From positions 1 through 35,810 of the forward strand of contig JAOZSY010000004.1 in the NCBI GenBank assembly GCA_029939445.1: DNA of 35,810 nucleotides. Direction: 5' to 3'. Below, in pieces: positions 16,543 to 26,899 of the stretch. The number at the start of each line of letters is the position of its first letter. Within the stretch, counting starts at the first letter, position 1. The notes beneath the pieces are model-generated. The model was not told where the DNA came from. It did not search any database and saw only the letters and a list, made by a program, of their open reading frames with translations. This stretch comes from Bacteroidales bacterium (GTDB lineage: Bacteria; Bacteroidota; Bacteroidia; Bacteroidales; UBA1556). The position numbers and the translations under genes were made by a program.

Positions 16543-17520
16543 ATGAAACAGTTCTTATTAATGGTAAGCATAGTGTTTATTAGCGTTTTAGCCGTTGGTC
16601 AGCAAGATGTTCAGTACACAAATTTTATGTTCGCAAAGTCTAATTACAATCCAGGTTTTACTGGAATGGGAGATGGAATATGCATAAATGGCTTAGCTCG
16701 TCAGCAATGGATGGGTTATAAAGGTACTGATGGAGAGGGTGGAGCACCAGCTACATTCTATTTTTCGGCACAAAGTCCTGTGAAATTATTGTTGGGAGGT
16801 ATTGGTGTAACTGTTGTAAAGGACGAAATTGGTTTTGAAAGTAATACAAGTGTTAGACTTGCTTATGCTTTTCATCTAAAGCTTGGCGAAGGAAATTTAG
16901 GAGTTGGTTTAGCTGCAGGTTTTTTAAATAAACAAATTGATTTTACTAAATTTAGGCCAACTGATTCAAGCGATCCTTTACTACAAGGAGGTGCTGAAAG
17001 TGCAATGAGTTTTGATTTAGCTATGGGAGCACATTATAGTACCGATGATTATTATGTTGGTTTGTCGTTTACTCAATTGCAAAATTTATGGGGTGCGGAA
17101 GCTGAATTTGCTTCAGGAAATGACAATTTAGCAAATCCTGATTATATTAATCATACATATATTACAGGAGGTTATAATTATCAATTACCAATGATGCCTT
17201 CAATTATACTAAACCCTAATGTGTTAGTTAAAGTGGCTGGTACTTCATCGGCACAGTTTGATATTAATATGTTAGCTTGGTACAATAAACAAGTATACGC
17301 TGGCGTTACGTACAGAGCAACTGATGCTGTGTCTATATTAGCAGGGTATAAAGTTTTAGATGGCTTTTTAAAAGGTCTAATGGGTGGTGTATCATATGAT
17401 ATTACTACTTCAAAAATGAGTTCTGGAACCGGTGGTTCTTTCGAGATATTTGTAAAATATTGTTTTAATATCGAATTTCCACCAAAAAGTGAAAAACACG
17501 GAACTGTATTATATTTATAA
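16543..17520 (+). CDS. porP: Type IX secretion system membrane protein, PorP/SprF family
   Basis: The signal peptide MKQFLLMVSIVFISVLAVGQQ is followed by DVQYTNFMFAKSNYNPGFTG, the PorP/SprF N-terminal signature, and barrel-like alternating strands. It sits directly upstream of gldK, as in the P. gingivalis porP-porK-L-M-N operon. I prefer the ATG at 16543 over the ORF-track start at 16483. Confidence 0.8.
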   Translation: MKQFLLMVSIVFISVLAVGQQDVQYTNFMFAKSNYNPGFTGMGDGICINGLARQQWMGYKGTDGEGGAPATFYFSAQSPVKLLLGGIGVTVVKDEIGFESNTSVRLAYAFHLKLGEGNLGVGLAAGFLNKQIDFTKFRPTDSSDPLLQGGAESAMSFDLAMGAHYSTDDYYVGLSFTQLQNLWGAEAEFASGNDNLANPDYINHTYITGGYNYQLPMMPSIILNPNVLVKVAGTSSAQFDINMLAWYNKQVYAGVTYRATDAVSILAGYKVLDGFLKGLMGGVSYDITTSKMSSGTGGSFEIFVKYCFNIEFPPKSEKHGTVLYL

Positions 17521-17584
17521 ATAATTGAAACAAAATATTGGGAGTTTCGTAGAAGCTTCCTTCATATAAACGAAAAGTTGAATT

Positions 17585-19021
17585 ATGTCAATAAAAATTA
17601 TTAACAACTTGAAAAATGCACTAGTAGTTAGTGCATTAGTAGTATTTCTTGCATCTTGTGGAAGCGGTAGTGGAGAACTTACTGGTGTTCAAGATCGCGA
17701 TGAGTGGTATCAAGATGATCCTTATGGTATGCTATTTATTCCTATGGGTAGCTATAATATGGGTGCTTCTGAGCAAGATATTCTTTATGGTCAAGCAGGT
17801 CCTTCAAAAGTTGTTTCTGTTCAAGCATTCTATATGGATGAAACAGAGATTACTAATAACGAGTACCGTCAGTTTGTTAACTGGGTAAGAGATTCTATTG
17901 CTCACGTTATTCTTGGTGAACTAGGTGATGAGGAAATATTTGGTAATCACCTGAAACGAAATAAAGATGGAGATCCATACGAAGTTATGGAACAAGGTCA
18001 GATTCATAATCCAATTAATTGGGATGAAGAAATTCGCTATGGCGATATGGATGATTCGGAATACGAAAGTACAGTAACAATACTTGAAAATGAAGGTTTC
18101 TATATTCCAGACGAAATTCCTGGTACTAATAGAAGTCCTCGTTATTATCATATCCGTCAAGTTGATGTTACAAAACTTATGTTTTCGTACTATTGGATAG
18201 ACTTTAAGAAAGCTGCCTTAAGAAGTAGCCGTACTAATGGTCATTTCAGTAGAATGGAAGAAAGAGTTAACTTTATTAAGTATCGTAGTGATAATGTATA
18301 CCCTGATACTTTATGTTGGGTACATGATTTTGCATACTCTTATAATGAGCCAATGACTCAGAATTATTTTTGGCATCAAGCTTATGACAATTACCCTGTA
18401 GTTGGTGTAAGTTGGATTCAAGCTCGTGCTTTTAGTATCTGGAGAACAGGCATCAAAAGAAGCCATCATCAAAAGAAAAGTGCAACTTTCTGGAATGATT
18501 ATAGATTGCCATCAGAAAGTGAGTGGGAATATGCTTCTCGTGGTGGTTTAGAACTTAACCCATTTCCATGGGGTGGTCCTTATATCCGTAACTCTAATGG
18601 ATGTTTCTTAGCTAACTTTAAGCCTTTACGTGGTAATTATGTTGATGATGGAGGTTTCCATACATTAATAGTTGGACATTATGCTCCTAACGACTATGGT
18701 TTATATGATATGTCAGGTAATGTTGCTGAGTGGTGTGACGATTCTTTCGAAGAATCTGCTTATAGATTATCTCATGATATGAATATGTCTCTTTCTCGTT
18801 CAGTAATGGAAAATGGTCTTGAAGACGAAATGACTCCTGCACTTAAGCGTAGAGCTATTAGAGGTGGTTCATGGAAAGATGTTGGATACTATACGCACAC
18901 TAGTGCTCGTACATATGAATATCAAGATACAGCTAAAGCTTATATAGGCTTCCGTAATGTTCAAACTTATTTAGGTCGCGCGAAAGGTGACGGCCCTAAT
19001 TCATCAAACGTATATCAATAG
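17585..19021 (+). CDS. gldK: T9SS/gliding lipoprotein GldK (PorK), FGE-sulfatase (SUMF1-like) fold
   Basis: 478 aa. Lipobox VFLASCGS; SUMF1/FGE-type motifs (YPVVGVSWIQARAF, RLPSESEWEYASRGG, MSGNVAEWC, IRGGSW). Confidence 0.92.
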   Translation: MSIKIINNLKNALVVSALVVFLASCGSGSGELTGVQDRDEWYQDDPYGMLFIPMGSYNMGASEQDILYGQAGPSKVVSVQAFYMDETEITNNEYRQFVNWVRDSIAHVILGELGDEEIFGNHLKRNKDGDPYEVMEQGQIHNPINWDEEIRYGDMDDSEYESTVTILENEGFYIPDEIPGTNRSPRYYHIRQVDVTKLMFSYYWIDFKKAALRSSRTNGHFSRMEERVNFIKYRSDNVYPDTLCWVHDFAYSYNEPMTQNYFWHQAYDNYPVVGVSWIQARAFSIWRTGIKRSHHQKKSATFWNDYRLPSESEWEYASRGGLELNPFPWGGPYIRNSNGCFLANFKPLRGNYVDDGGFHTLIVGHYAPNDYGLYDMSGNVAEWCDDSFEESAYRLSHDMNMSLSRSVMENGLEDEMTPALKRRAIRGGSWKDVGYYTHTSARTYEYQDTAKAYIGFRNVQTYLGRAKGDGPNSSNVYQ

Positions 19022-19077
19022 ATATTATAAATAACACACACAATTAAAATTAACAAAACAATTTAAATTATTTTATT

Positions 19078-19929
19078 ATGAGTATAGACAGCATTGTAAG
19101 AAGTAAAGGTTTTAAGAACTTTATGACTAAACTGTATGGTTTGGGAGCAGCAGTAGTGATTTTGGGAGCACTATTTAAGATTAATCACTATCCTGGTGCT
19201 GACCTTATGCTTATTGTTGGTCTTTTAACTGAAGCCGTAATATTTTTCTTTTCAGCTTTTGAAGCGCCTCACGTTGAGCCAGATTGGAGTTTAGTATATC
19301 CAGAACTTGCTGGTATGTACGAAGAGCATCATTCACATGAATTAGAAGCTATGATGGGTGGATCTTCTGATAAATCTGTTACTGAAGAATTAGACGATAT
19401 GCTTGAAGAAGCTAAAATCGGACCAGAACTTATCGAGAGTTTAGGATCAGGATTACGTAATCTTAGCGAGAATGCTTCTAATATGTCTGATATTAGTGAC
19501 GCTTCTGTTGCTTCTGGCGAATATGCTACTAGCGTAAGAAAAGCTTCTGATGAAATTAATATATTATCTGAGAACTATGTTGCTACATCTAATGTATTAA
19601 CAGAGTCTACTGAGAAAATTGCTAAGTCTGCAGAGGCTATTGATTTTACTGAAATTGATGGTAATGCATTTAACGAAGAAATTACTAAAGTTTCTACTAA
19701 CCTTAGTGCTCTTAATTCTGTTTATGAGTTGCAATTGCAAAACTCAAATAGTCAAACAGAAGTGTTTGATAAAATGGGTACTACTATGGAAAGTTTCTTA
19801 TCTAACCTAGAGCAGAGTGTAGCTAATACTGAAAAGTATAAGGTACAAGCTGATGAATTAGCTAAGAATGTAGAAGCATTGAATAATGTTTATGGTAATA
19901 TGCTTAACGCAATGAATGTTCAACGTTAA
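19078..19929 (+). CDS. gldL: T9SS/gliding motor protein GldL (PorL)
   Basis: 283 aa. Two N-terminal TM helices (LYGLGAAVVILGALF; LMLIVGLLTEAVIFFFSAF), the second carrying the conserved glutamate (LLTEA), then a coiled-coil-rich cytoplasmic tail. Confidence 0.9.
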   Translation: MSIDSIVRSKGFKNFMTKLYGLGAAVVILGALFKINHYPGADLMLIVGLLTEAVIFFFSAFEAPHVEPDWSLVYPELAGMYEEHHSHELEAMMGGSSDKSVTEELDDMLEEAKIGPELIESLGSGLRNLSENASNMSDISDASVASGEYATSVRKASDEINILSENYVATSNVLTESTEKIAKSAEAIDFTEIDGNAFNEEITKVSTNLSALNSVYELQLQNSNSQTEVFDKMGTTMESFLSNLEQSVANTEKYKVQADELAKNVEALNNVYGNMLNAMNVQR

Positions 19930-19972
19930 TCATAAATTAATTTAATTATAAACCATTTAAACATATAGCTCT

Positions 19973-21649
19973 ATGAGTGGAGGAAAAGAAACCCCAAGGC
20001 AGAAGATGATAGGTATGATGTACTTATTCTATACCGCACTTCTTGCTCTTAATGTATCTGCCGATATACTTAATGCGTTTGTACTTGTAAATGACAGTAT
20101 GACGCAAACGAATAATAATTTCGGTAAAAAAAATGAAGTATTGATGACAGCATTTGCTAATCAAAATATGAATAATCCTAAAAAGGTAAAACCATATTAT
20201 GATAAAGCAAAAGAAGTAAAAAGAATTTCAGATATTCTTGTTGCTGATATTAGACACGTAATTGACACTTTAATAATAGTAACAGAGTTTGGTAGTGAAT
20301 TTACTCAAGACTTTGTTTTTGAAGTAGGTGACGATCGTGATACAATTATTGATTTTGCACATAATATTCCTGTTGCATTTCTTACGGCTAAGGATAAATT
20401 TAATACGCCTATGCGTTTGTTGAATCCTGAGCATAAGATTGAATATTCTTATGATTTATCACAAAGACTAAAAAATAAGTTCGCGGCATATAATAAAGAA
20501 ATACTTAATATGCTTAGTGATGAAGACAAGAAAACTATTCAGTTAGGTTTGAATACTGAAGAAGTATATAACTCAATTGCTAGAGAATGGCAAGATTGGG
20601 AGTATAACTCATTTTATCATACTGTATTAGTTGCAGATATTGTACTTTTGAATAAGTATGTTTCTGAAGTATTAAATACTGAAGCAGAAGTTATAGGTAC
20701 TCTATATAGTTATATAGATGCTAAGAGTCTTAAGTTTGATGCGATTAGAGCGGCAGTAATTCCTGTATCAAATGTTGTGATTGCAGGTTCTGATTATGAG
20801 GCTGATATATTTGTTGCTGCTTATTCAGCTACTGAAATTCCAAAAGTAAGTATCAAAACAGGTGCTGATACAATGTCAATATCTGAAATATCAAATGATG
20901 GTATTATACAAATTCATGAAGCTACCAATGGAATAACTAAATTTAAAGTAAAAACTGGTGCAACTGGTGAATTTACTTATGCAGGTTATATCCAAATGAA
21001 AGATGCTGACGGAAATTATAAGCCATATTACTTTAATTCATCATATCAAGTAATAAAGCCTACTGCAACGGTATCTGCTGATGCTGTTAATGTTGTATAT
21101 CGTGGAATCCCAAATCCACTTTCTGCTTCTGCTCCTGGTTTTACTAATGATAAAATTAGATTAGGTGGTGGATCAGGTGGTAAACTTGTTTCTAAAGGTG
21201 GTGGACATTATATGTTTACTCCTGATAGAACTCGTCGTAAGGATGTTAAATTTTCTGTTAATGCAACCAAAGGAGATGGATCTACACAAAATATGGGTAG
21301 TTTTACATTCCGTGTTCTTCCAGTGCCTCCAGCAGTAGTTCGTTTGGCAGGTATAAACGAAGGAAGCGTTTCTAAAGGAGCTCTTAAAAGTCAAGGATTC
21401 TTAACTGCAAAAATTGAAAATTTCTTATTCGATCTACCATCTACTGTTGTTGAATTTAGAATTATGGTTACAGGTGGTAGCCGTGGTATGCTTGTAAATA
21501 AGAAAGTTAAAGGGAATAAGATTCCTGCTGATGTAATTAAGAAAATTTATAAGGCACCTAAGGGGTCTATGGTTTTAGTTAATAGCATAAAAACTCGTGG
21601 TAAAGATGGTATTAAAGAAGCATCTAGTATTACATTAACATTAAAATAG
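19973..21649 (+). CDS. gldM: T9SS/gliding protein GldM (PorM)
   Basis: 558 aa. N-terminal RQKMIGMMYLFYTALLALNVS is the GldM_N signature. It has a single TM followed by a long periplasmic region. Confidence 0.92.
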   Translation: MSGGKETPRQKMIGMMYLFYTALLALNVSADILNAFVLVNDSMTQTNNNFGKKNEVLMTAFANQNMNNPKKVKPYYDKAKEVKRISDILVADIRHVIDTLIIVTEFGSEFTQDFVFEVGDDRDTIIDFAHNIPVAFLTAKDKFNTPMRLLNPEHKIEYSYDLSQRLKNKFAAYNKEILNMLSDEDKKTIQLGLNTEEVYNSIAREWQDWEYNSFYHTVLVADIVLLNKYVSEVLNTEAEVIGTLYSYIDAKSLKFDAIRAAVIPVSNVVIAGSDYEADIFVAAYSATEIPKVSIKTGADTMSISEISNDGIIQIHEATNGITKFKVKTGATGEFTYAGYIQMKDADGNYKPYYFNSSYQVIKPTATVSADAVNVVYRGIPNPLSASAPGFTNDKIRLGGGSGGKLVSKGGGHYMFTPDRTRRKDVKFSVNATKGDGSTQNMGSFTFRVLPVPPAVVRLAGINEGSVSKGALKSQGFLTAKIENFLFDLPSTVVEFRIMVTGGSRGMLVNKKVKGNKIPADVIKKIYKAPKGSMVLVNSIKTRGKDGIKEASSITLTLK

Positions 21650-21688
21650 TAATGTAATTACCGCTTTTATTTAATTAAAAAATGAATT

Positions 21689-22609
21689 ATGAATAAATTA
21701 GTTTTAGTAATAGTTATAGGATTTGCTTTTCTTTTTGGGAATGTGGCCAATGCGCAAGTATTAGATCCTGATTACGGACCAAGAGCGTGGAAGAAGGAGA
21801 ATACTAAACAAGAGGAGCCAATAGAGTTAAATCATATTCGTCAGGCCGATGTTACATGGGCAAAACGTATATGGAGAGAAATAGATTTGCGTCAAAAACA
21901 AAATCTAGTACTTTATTACCCTCTAGATTCGGCTACTTTAGGTAAGAGGTCTTTTATACAATTACTTGCTGATATGGTGAGAGAAAGTTATTTAAACCCA
22001 GGTCCTGATGCGCTTAAAGTTTATACTTCTTATGAATTAAAGAATTTAATGCCTCTTGATGAGCTTAAGAATAAACTAAGTTTCACTGATACTGTACCAG
22101 TTCTAGTTGATCCAGAAAATTGTATTATTGAAAGGCTTCCTAAATCTGTTGATTTCCAGAGTGAAGGTAAACCATTAGTTACAAAAATTGTACTAATGGA
22201 AGATTGGTTTTTTGATAAACAAAGATCAGTTATGGATGTTAGAATTCTGGCATTAGGTTTAAAAGTACCTACATTTGAGTCAGGTATTGATTTAAACGTT
22301 GTATGTGGCGATAATGCTTTTAATGGCTTTAAACCTATAGACAATGGTGAAGAAACCCTATGGTTCTTCTTCCCTGATTTGAGACATGATATGGCAACAA
22401 ATGAGATTTATAATCGCCATAATGATGCTCATAGAACTTCCTTTGACGATTTATTCTTAAAACGTATGTTCTCTAGTTATATAGTAAAAGAGGAAAATGT
22501 TTATGATAGATATATTCTTGATTATACTTCAGGAATGGATGCTTTATTAGAGGCTGAAAAAATTTCTGAAAAAATCAGAGAATACGAGATGGATTTCTGG
22601 GAGTATTAA
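21689..22609 (+). CDS. gldN: T9SS/gliding periplasmic ring protein GldN (PorN)
   Basis: 306 aa. It has a signal peptide and the motif EDWFFDKQRS, which I recall as typical of GldN, and it sits immediately after gldM. Confidence 0.88.
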   Translation: MNKLVLVIVIGFAFLFGNVANAQVLDPDYGPRAWKKENTKQEEPIELNHIRQADVTWAKRIWREIDLRQKQNLVLYYPLDSATLGKRSFIQLLADMVRESYLNPGPDALKVYTSYELKNLMPLDELKNKLSFTDTVPVLVDPENCIIERLPKSVDFQSEGKPLVTKIVLMEDWFFDKQRSVMDVRILALGLKVPTFESGIDLNVVCGDNAFNGFKPIDNGEETLWFFFPDLRHDMATNEIYNRHNDAHRTSFDDLFLKRMFSSYIVKEENVYDRYILDYTSGMDALLEAEKISEKIREYEMDFWEY

Positions 22610-22632
22610 TACCTAAAGAAGTTTAAAATATA

Positions 22633-22668
22633 AGCTCATTTGTCTTTTGACAAATGAGCTTTTTTTTT
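22633..22668 (+). terminator. Rho-independent terminator ending the porP-gldKLMN operon
   Basis: Perfect 12-bp stem agctcatttgtc (22633-22644) with gacaaatgagct (22649-22660), loop tttt, then an 8-T run. Confidence 0.85.
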
Positions 22669-22690
22669 AGAAATATCCCTACTTTTTATA

Positions 22691-22698
22691 TATATTTG
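22691..22698 (+). promoter_or_regulatory. Bacteroidota -7 box (TATATTTG) immediately upstream of recG (near-leaderless)
   Basis: Exact TAnnTTTG match 5 nt before the ATG at 22704. Confidence 0.4.
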
Positions 22699-22703
22699 TT
22701 TTG

Positions 22704-24806
22704 ATGAATAATGATATTTTAAAATCTGATCTTACATATCTTAAAGGTGTTGGTCCTAAGCGTGCTAATGTGCTTGCTGCTGAATTGGGCATAAGAAATT
22801 ATGAGCAGATGTTGTCGTATTTTCCGTTTAGGTATATTGATAGAACGCAATTTCATAAAATATCGGATATACAAATAAATGAAACGGCAGTACAATTGAG
22901 TGGTAAAATAATTTCTATCGAAACACTAGGGAAAGGCAGAGCTTTACGTTTATCAGCAGTTTTGCAGGACGAAACAGGTTCTATGGAACTTGTTTGGTTT
23001 AGGGGTATAAAATGGATAAAAACTAAATTGGTAATAAATAAAGAATATTTAGTTTATGGTAAGCCTAGTAAGTTTGGAAATAAGTTCAATATTACTCATC
23101 CCGAAATTGATATTGTACAGGAAGATATAAAACTAAGTTCTAAGTTACAGGCTGTTTATAATTCAACAGAGAAACTTAGTAAGGCAGGATTAACAGGGAA
23201 AGGTATTGGCTATGTTTTTAATACATTATTGCCTCAAGTTAGTGCTGTAATTACTGAGAATCTTAATACGGATATTGTTGAAAAGTACGGTTTCATTTCT
23301 CATAAAGAGGCTATAGAGAAAATTCATCAACCTATAAATTATAGTGATATACAAAAGGCAAGCAATAGACTTAAATATGAAGAATTCTTTTTTATTCAAT
23401 TAAGTTTAATCGAGCAAAATTTAATTCGCAAAGAACAGATTCCAGGAATTTACTTTGGAGTAATAGGAGATAAGTTTAATGGGTTTTTTAATAATAATTT
23501 ACCATTTACACTTACTGATGCCCAAAAAAAGGTAATTAAAGAGATTCGTAACGACTTTTCTACGGGAAAACAGATGAATAGGTTATTGCAAGGAGATGTA
23601 GGGTCAGGTAAAACCCTGGTTGCTCTTATGACAATGCTCATTGCAAATGATAATGGCTATCAAGCAACTTTAATGGCACCAACAGAGATTCTAGCTCAGC
23701 AACATTTTGTTTCAATTTCTAAATTTTTGGAGGGCTTGAATGTTAATGTTGAGTTACTAACAGGTTCAACAAAAGCAGCAAATAGAAGAAAACTACATGC
23801 TGATTTGGAGAGTGGACTGATAGATATTCTCATAGGAACTCATGCGCTTATTGAAGATAAAGTAAAGTTTAATAATCTTGGCTATGTTGTTATTGATGAG
23901 CAGCATCGTTTTGGAGTTCAACAAAGAGCCAAATTATGGTCAAAGGGAAAATATATTCCTCACATTCTTGTAATGACTGCCACACCAATCCCTCGAACTA
24001 TGGCAATGACTATATATGGTGATTTAGATTATTCTGTAATTGATGAACTACCACCAGGTCGTAAGCCAATACAAACATATCATTATAGTGATGCTAAACG
24101 TATTGCGCTTTTTGGTTTTATGAAAAAGCAAATTGCGTTGGGTAGACAAGTTTATATTGTATACCCTCTAATTAATGAATCTGAGACTTTAGATTTAAAA
24201 GATCTCCAAGATGGATATGAAAGTATTAGTAGAGGATTTCCTAAGCCTGAATATCAAATAAGTGTGGTTCATGGTAAGATGAAAGCCAAGGATAAAGATA
24301 TTGAAATGCAACGTTTTAAGCGTGGAGAAACTAATATAATGGTTGCTACTACTGTTATAGAAGTGGGGGTTGATGTTGCTAATGCTACTATTATGGTTAT
24401 TGAGAATGCTGAGCGTTTTGGTCTATCACAATTACATCAATTGCGTGGTAGAGTTGGAAGAGGTGCTGAACAGTCCTACTGTATTCTTATGAGTAGTTAT
24501 AAGCTTAGTAATGAAGCTAGCATGCGGCTAGAGACAATGGTTAGGACTAATGATGGTTTTGAAATTGCAGAGGCAGATTTAAAATTGCGTGGCCCTGGCG
24601 ATATGGAAGGAACTCAGCAAAGTGGTGTATTAGATCTTCATATAGCAGATATTGTTAAGGATGAAGCCATTTTAAAGCAGGCAAGAGTAGACGCATTAGA
24701 GTTATTAGAGAAAGATCCTAAGCTTGAGTTTCCTGCTAATGAGCTATTGAAGATATACTACTTAAAAACTAAAGCTGCTAAAACTAATTGGGGAAGAATA
24801 AGTTAA
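22704..24806 (+). CDS. recG: ATP-dependent DNA helicase RecG
   Basis: About 700 aa. N-terminal LKGVGPKRA, wedge/OB domain, Walker A (GDVGSGKT), DEQH box (VIDEQHRFG), and QLHQLRGRVGRG motif VI. The ORF track starts at a TTG one codon upstream (22701). Confidence 0.95.
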   Translation: MNNDILKSDLTYLKGVGPKRANVLAAELGIRNYEQMLSYFPFRYIDRTQFHKISDIQINETAVQLSGKIISIETLGKGRALRLSAVLQDETGSMELVWFRGIKWIKTKLVINKEYLVYGKPSKFGNKFNITHPEIDIVQEDIKLSSKLQAVYNSTEKLSKAGLTGKGIGYVFNTLLPQVSAVITENLNTDIVEKYGFISHKEAIEKIHQPINYSDIQKASNRLKYEEFFFIQLSLIEQNLIRKEQIPGIYFGVIGDKFNGFFNNNLPFTLTDAQKKVIKEIRNDFSTGKQMNRLLQGDVGSGKTLVALMTMLIANDNGYQATLMAPTEILAQQHFVSISKFLEGLNVNVELLTGSTKAANRRKLHADLESGLIDILIGTHALIEDKVKFNNLGYVVIDEQHRFGVQQRAKLWSKGKYIPHILVMTATPIPRTMAMTIYGDLDYSVIDELPPGRKPIQTYHYSDAKRIALFGFMKKQIALGRQVYIVYPLINESETLDLKDLQDGYESISRGFPKPEYQISVVHGKMKAKDKDIEMQRFKRGETNIMVATTVIEVGVDVANATIMVIENAERFGLSQLHQLRGRVGRGAEQSYCILMSSYKLSNEASMRLETMVRTNDGFEIAEADLKLRGPGDMEGTQQSGVLDLHIADIVKDEAILKQARVDALELLEKDPKLEFPANELLKIYYLKTKAAKTNWGRIS

Positions 24807-24813
24807 TTTATCC

Positions 24814-24859
24814 CTCAGTCTACAGCCTGCAGTCTGTTTTGCACAAACTGCCGACTGAG
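24814..24859. terminator. GC-rich nested hairpin between convergent recG and pyrE (possible bidirectional terminator)
   Basis: ctcagtc (24814-24820) pairs with gactgag (24853-24859), with an inner gcagt/actgc pair. This is the only GC-rich patch in the 63-nt gap. Confidence 0.35.
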
Positions 24860-24869
24860 AACTGAATAT

Positions 24870-25499
24870 TTATTTTCCCCAAGTGCTAGGAGATATGCGC
24901 CATTCTTTAAGTGACTCAACATCATCGCTACTTACATAACCAGCTTCTTTAGCTTGATTAATCATAGTATTATAATCAGTAAGGATTGTTAAATCCACAT
25001 CTTTTTCTTTAAAATTTTCTTCGGCTACTTCAAAGCCATATGAGAAAATAGCCACCATTCCTTCAACCTTACAACCAAAGTCGCGTAATGCATCAACAGC
25101 TTTAAGAGAACTTCCTCCTGTAGAAATTAAATCTTCAATAACTACAACTGTTTGACCTTCTTTTAGAGCTCCCTCAACTTGGTTTTTCATACCATGAGAT
25201 TTCTTGTCAGGGCGAACATAAACAAAAGGTTTATTTAATTTCTCTGCAACTAATGCTCCGTTTGCAATTGCTCCTGTAGCTACACCAGCAATAACATCTA
25301 CATTAGGATATAATTTTTCTATTACTGCTGCAAATTCATCACGAATATAGCTTCTAACCTCAGGATATGATAGAGTTTTTCTGTTATCACAATAAATTGG
25401 AGATTTCCAACCAGAAGCCCATGTAAATGGAGTATTTTTATTTAACTTTACTGCTTGGATCTTTAATAAAGATTCTGCTGTTTTTTCTGCTGTTTTCAT
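24870..25499 (-). CDS. pyrE: Orotate phosphoribosyltransferase
   Basis: 209 aa. PRPP-binding loop VVVIEDLISTGGSS, with length and N-terminal region typical of PyrE. Confidence 0.92.
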   Translation of the reverse strand: MKTAEKTAESLLKIQAVKLNKNTPFTWASGWKSPIYCDNRKTLSYPEVRSYIRDEFAAVIEKLYPNVDVIAGVATGAIANGALVAEKLNKPFVYVRPDKKSHGMKNQVEGALKEGQTVVVIEDLISTGGSSLKAVDALRDFGCKVEGMVAIFSYGFEVAEENFKEKDVDLTILTDYNTMINQAKEAGYVSSDDVESLKEWRISPSTWGK

Positions 25500-25597
25500 A
25501 TGATTATTATTTTGTGTAAACTCAGTGTAATAATAAGTAAATCAGATTATTGTAAAATAACAATGAAGTAATTCATTGTCTTATTTGGATATTACAA

Positions 25598-26212
25598 ATG
25601 TATAAAGTTTTTAAAGATAATTGGCTTTTTATTTTAGCGGATAGCAATGATATTCCTCATATAGCTGATTCTACTACTATATGTATTACGAATGCTGAAG
25701 ACGTAATTAGAATAATTAATGGATATAACACTACTGTTGATAATGATACCATTATTGTTTTATATAGTAACTTAGGGGAATTGATTACTGTTTTTGAGAA
25801 TAATTATTTAGTAAGAATTGCTGCTGGTGGCTGGGTTTTTAATAATGTTGGGGATATTTTAATGATTGATAGACTGAATTATTGGGATATTCCAAAGGGT
25901 CATATAGAAAAGAATGAGACTTTACAAAAATGTGCCATTAGAGAAGTAGAGGAAGAAACAGGTATTGCTAATTTATCAATAGTTGAGGAATTAGGTATTA
26001 GTAGACATTTATTTAGGTATTCAGAGGGTAGCCCTGAAATTCTAAAAGTAACGCACTGGTTTCGAATGTATAGTAACTATATTGGAACTTTTAATCCTCA
26101 AATATCAGAAGGTGTAGAAAAAGTAGAGTGGGTGAGTAGTGATAGAATAAATGAATATCTATCTAAATCATACCGATCATTACAAGAATTTTATTTTGAT
26201 GAAGTAGAATAG
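25598..26212 (+). CDS. NUDIX hydrolase with an about 70-aa N-terminal extension
   Basis: NUDIX box GHIEKNETLQKCAIREVEEETG (G.5E.7REuxEExG pattern). Confidence 0.8.
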   Translation: MYKVFKDNWLFILADSNDIPHIADSTTICITNAEDVIRIINGYNTTVDNDTIIVLYSNLGELITVFENNYLVRIAAGGWVFNNVGDILMIDRLNYWDIPKGHIEKNETLQKCAIREVEEETGIANLSIVEELGISRHLFRYSEGSPEILKVTHWFRMYSNYIGTFNPQISEGVEKVEWVSSDRINEYLSKSYRSLQEFYFDEVE

Positions 26213-26248
26213 TGAAATGAATAGAGAATTTACCTTATTTTCGCAATT

Positions 26249-26899
26249 ATGATAGAAGCTAAAGATATAAGAAAGAATTATGGAAATCTAGAAGTGCTAA
26301 AAGGTATTAATATTACTATTAAAGCAGGCGAAATTGTTAGTATTACAGGTGCTTCAGGTGCTGGTAAAACTACTTTATTGCAAATTTTAGGTAGTCTTGA
26401 TAATCCTAGTTCTGGAGATGTTTTTATTGATGATGAGAATATAAGTCAGTTAAAGGAAAAAGCTTTGTCGGAATACAGAAATAAAAATATAGGTTTTGTT
26501 TTTCAATTCCATCATTTACTTCCTGAGTTTACTGCGATAGAGAATATATGTATTCCAGCTTTTATTGCTAAAAAAAGTAAACAAGAAGCAGAGAAAGAGG
26601 CGATGTTACTACTTGATTATATGGGGCTAAGTGATAGAAAAAATCATAAACCTTCAGAATTGTCAGGAGGAGAGCAGCAGCGTATTGCTATTGCTCGTGC
26701 ATTAATTAATAAGCCAAAGGTTATATTTGCAGATGAGCCTTCGGGGAATTTAGATCATCAGCGTTCGCAAGAGTTACATGATTTATTCTTTAATCTGAGA
26801 GATGAGTTTGGGCAAACCTACGTTATTGTTACGCATAATAAGGGCTTAGCGGAAAGGGCAGATAGGCAAATAGTAATTAATGATGGAATAATATTATAA
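26249..26899 (+). CDS. lolD: ABC transporter ATP-binding protein, LolD/MacB-type
   Basis: 216 aa. Walker [10 protein letters not shown], the LolD-like [15 protein letters not shown] segment, signature LSGGEQQR, and Walker B VIFADEP. There is no adjacent permease gene in this window. Confidence 0.75.
   Translation: MIEAKDIRKNYGNLEVLKGINITIKAGEIVSITGASGAGKTTLLQILGSLDNPSSGDVFIDDENISQLKEKALSEYRNKNIGFVFQFHHLLPEFTAIENICIPAFIAKKSKQEAEKEAMLLLDYMGLSDRKNHKPSELSGGEQQRIAIARALINKPKVIFADEPSGNLDHQRSQELHDLFFNLRDEFGQTYVIVTHNKGLAERADRQIVINDGIIL

Noticed and set aside
25595-25602. TACATTTG on the minus strand overlapping the NUDIX start codon, considered as a pyrE promoter -7 box
   Set aside because: It sits about 95 nt upstream of pyrE and coincides with the ATG of the opposing gene. 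It is plausible but indistinguishable from a chance 8-mer in this AT-rich spacer.
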